From positions 2,308-66,307 of IMG/VR virus record IMGVR_UViG_3300010429_002210: a stretch of DNA of 64,000 nucleotides; one strand, given 5' to 3'. The position numbers and the translations under genes were made by a program. The notes beneath the pieces are model-generated. The model was not told the origin of the DNA, made no database searches, and saw only the letters and a list, made by a program, of their open reading frames with translations. This DNA is from a virus (Duplodnaviria > Caudoviricetes). This document shows positions 63,985-64,000 of the stretch, piece after piece; the first letter of the stretch is position 1; each line of letters opens with the position of its first letter.

Positions 63985-64000
63985 CTCGAGCCTCCTCTGC

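Noticed and set aside
1-64000. Prophage status, alternative genetic code or diversity-generating retroelement
   Set aside because: No integrase, att site or host genes are in the window; the standard code gives dense, intact ORFs; no reverse transcriptase was seen.

Overview
This is a gene-dense 64-kb segment of a dsDNA tailed-phage genome. I saw no rRNA, tRNA, CRISPR array or integrase. (1) 1-840 is a non-coding, highly structured leader with a boxA-like element and many ATGCAT/GATGCATCAT palindromes. (2) 842-10914 is an array of short early genes that includes the amidoligase / class II glutamine amidotransferase / gamma-glutamylcyclotransferase trio and a GNAT. It has two near-identical TTGACA-type promoters. 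It is punctuated directly after stop codons by seven structured-RNA candidates of two families with covarying stems: three twister-sister-like three-way junctions and four copies (one divergent) of an unassigned pseudoknot. (3) 10929-23054 and 34211-47609 form a full replication and recombination set: SNF2 and SF2 helicases, primase, two HTH initiator-like genes with an intragenic iteron origin, DnaB, beta-clamp, UDG-PolA fusion, DnaQ-like exonuclease, clamp loader, SSB, RecA, 5'-3' exonuclease, a split Rad50/SbcC flanking Mre11/SbcD, and a resolvase. (4) 24682-34263 is a 7-deazaguanine DNA-modification cluster: queD, queE, frameshifted folE, queC, Gat-QueC and a dpdA-like gene, with interleaved HAD, methyltransferase and two radical SAM genes. 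(5) 48201-58108 holds glycosyltransferases, an SGNH protein, a radical SAM enzyme and three methyltransferases. (6) 58690-60830 carries Hc1-like, DnaJ and SLT genes. (7) 60916-63984 is a convergent minus-strand lysis module ending in an M15 endolysin. Six copies of a CCCAAAGTT-N3-TATAAT promoter motif precede the middle gene blocks. All protein family calls come from motif recognition by eye, not from database searches.
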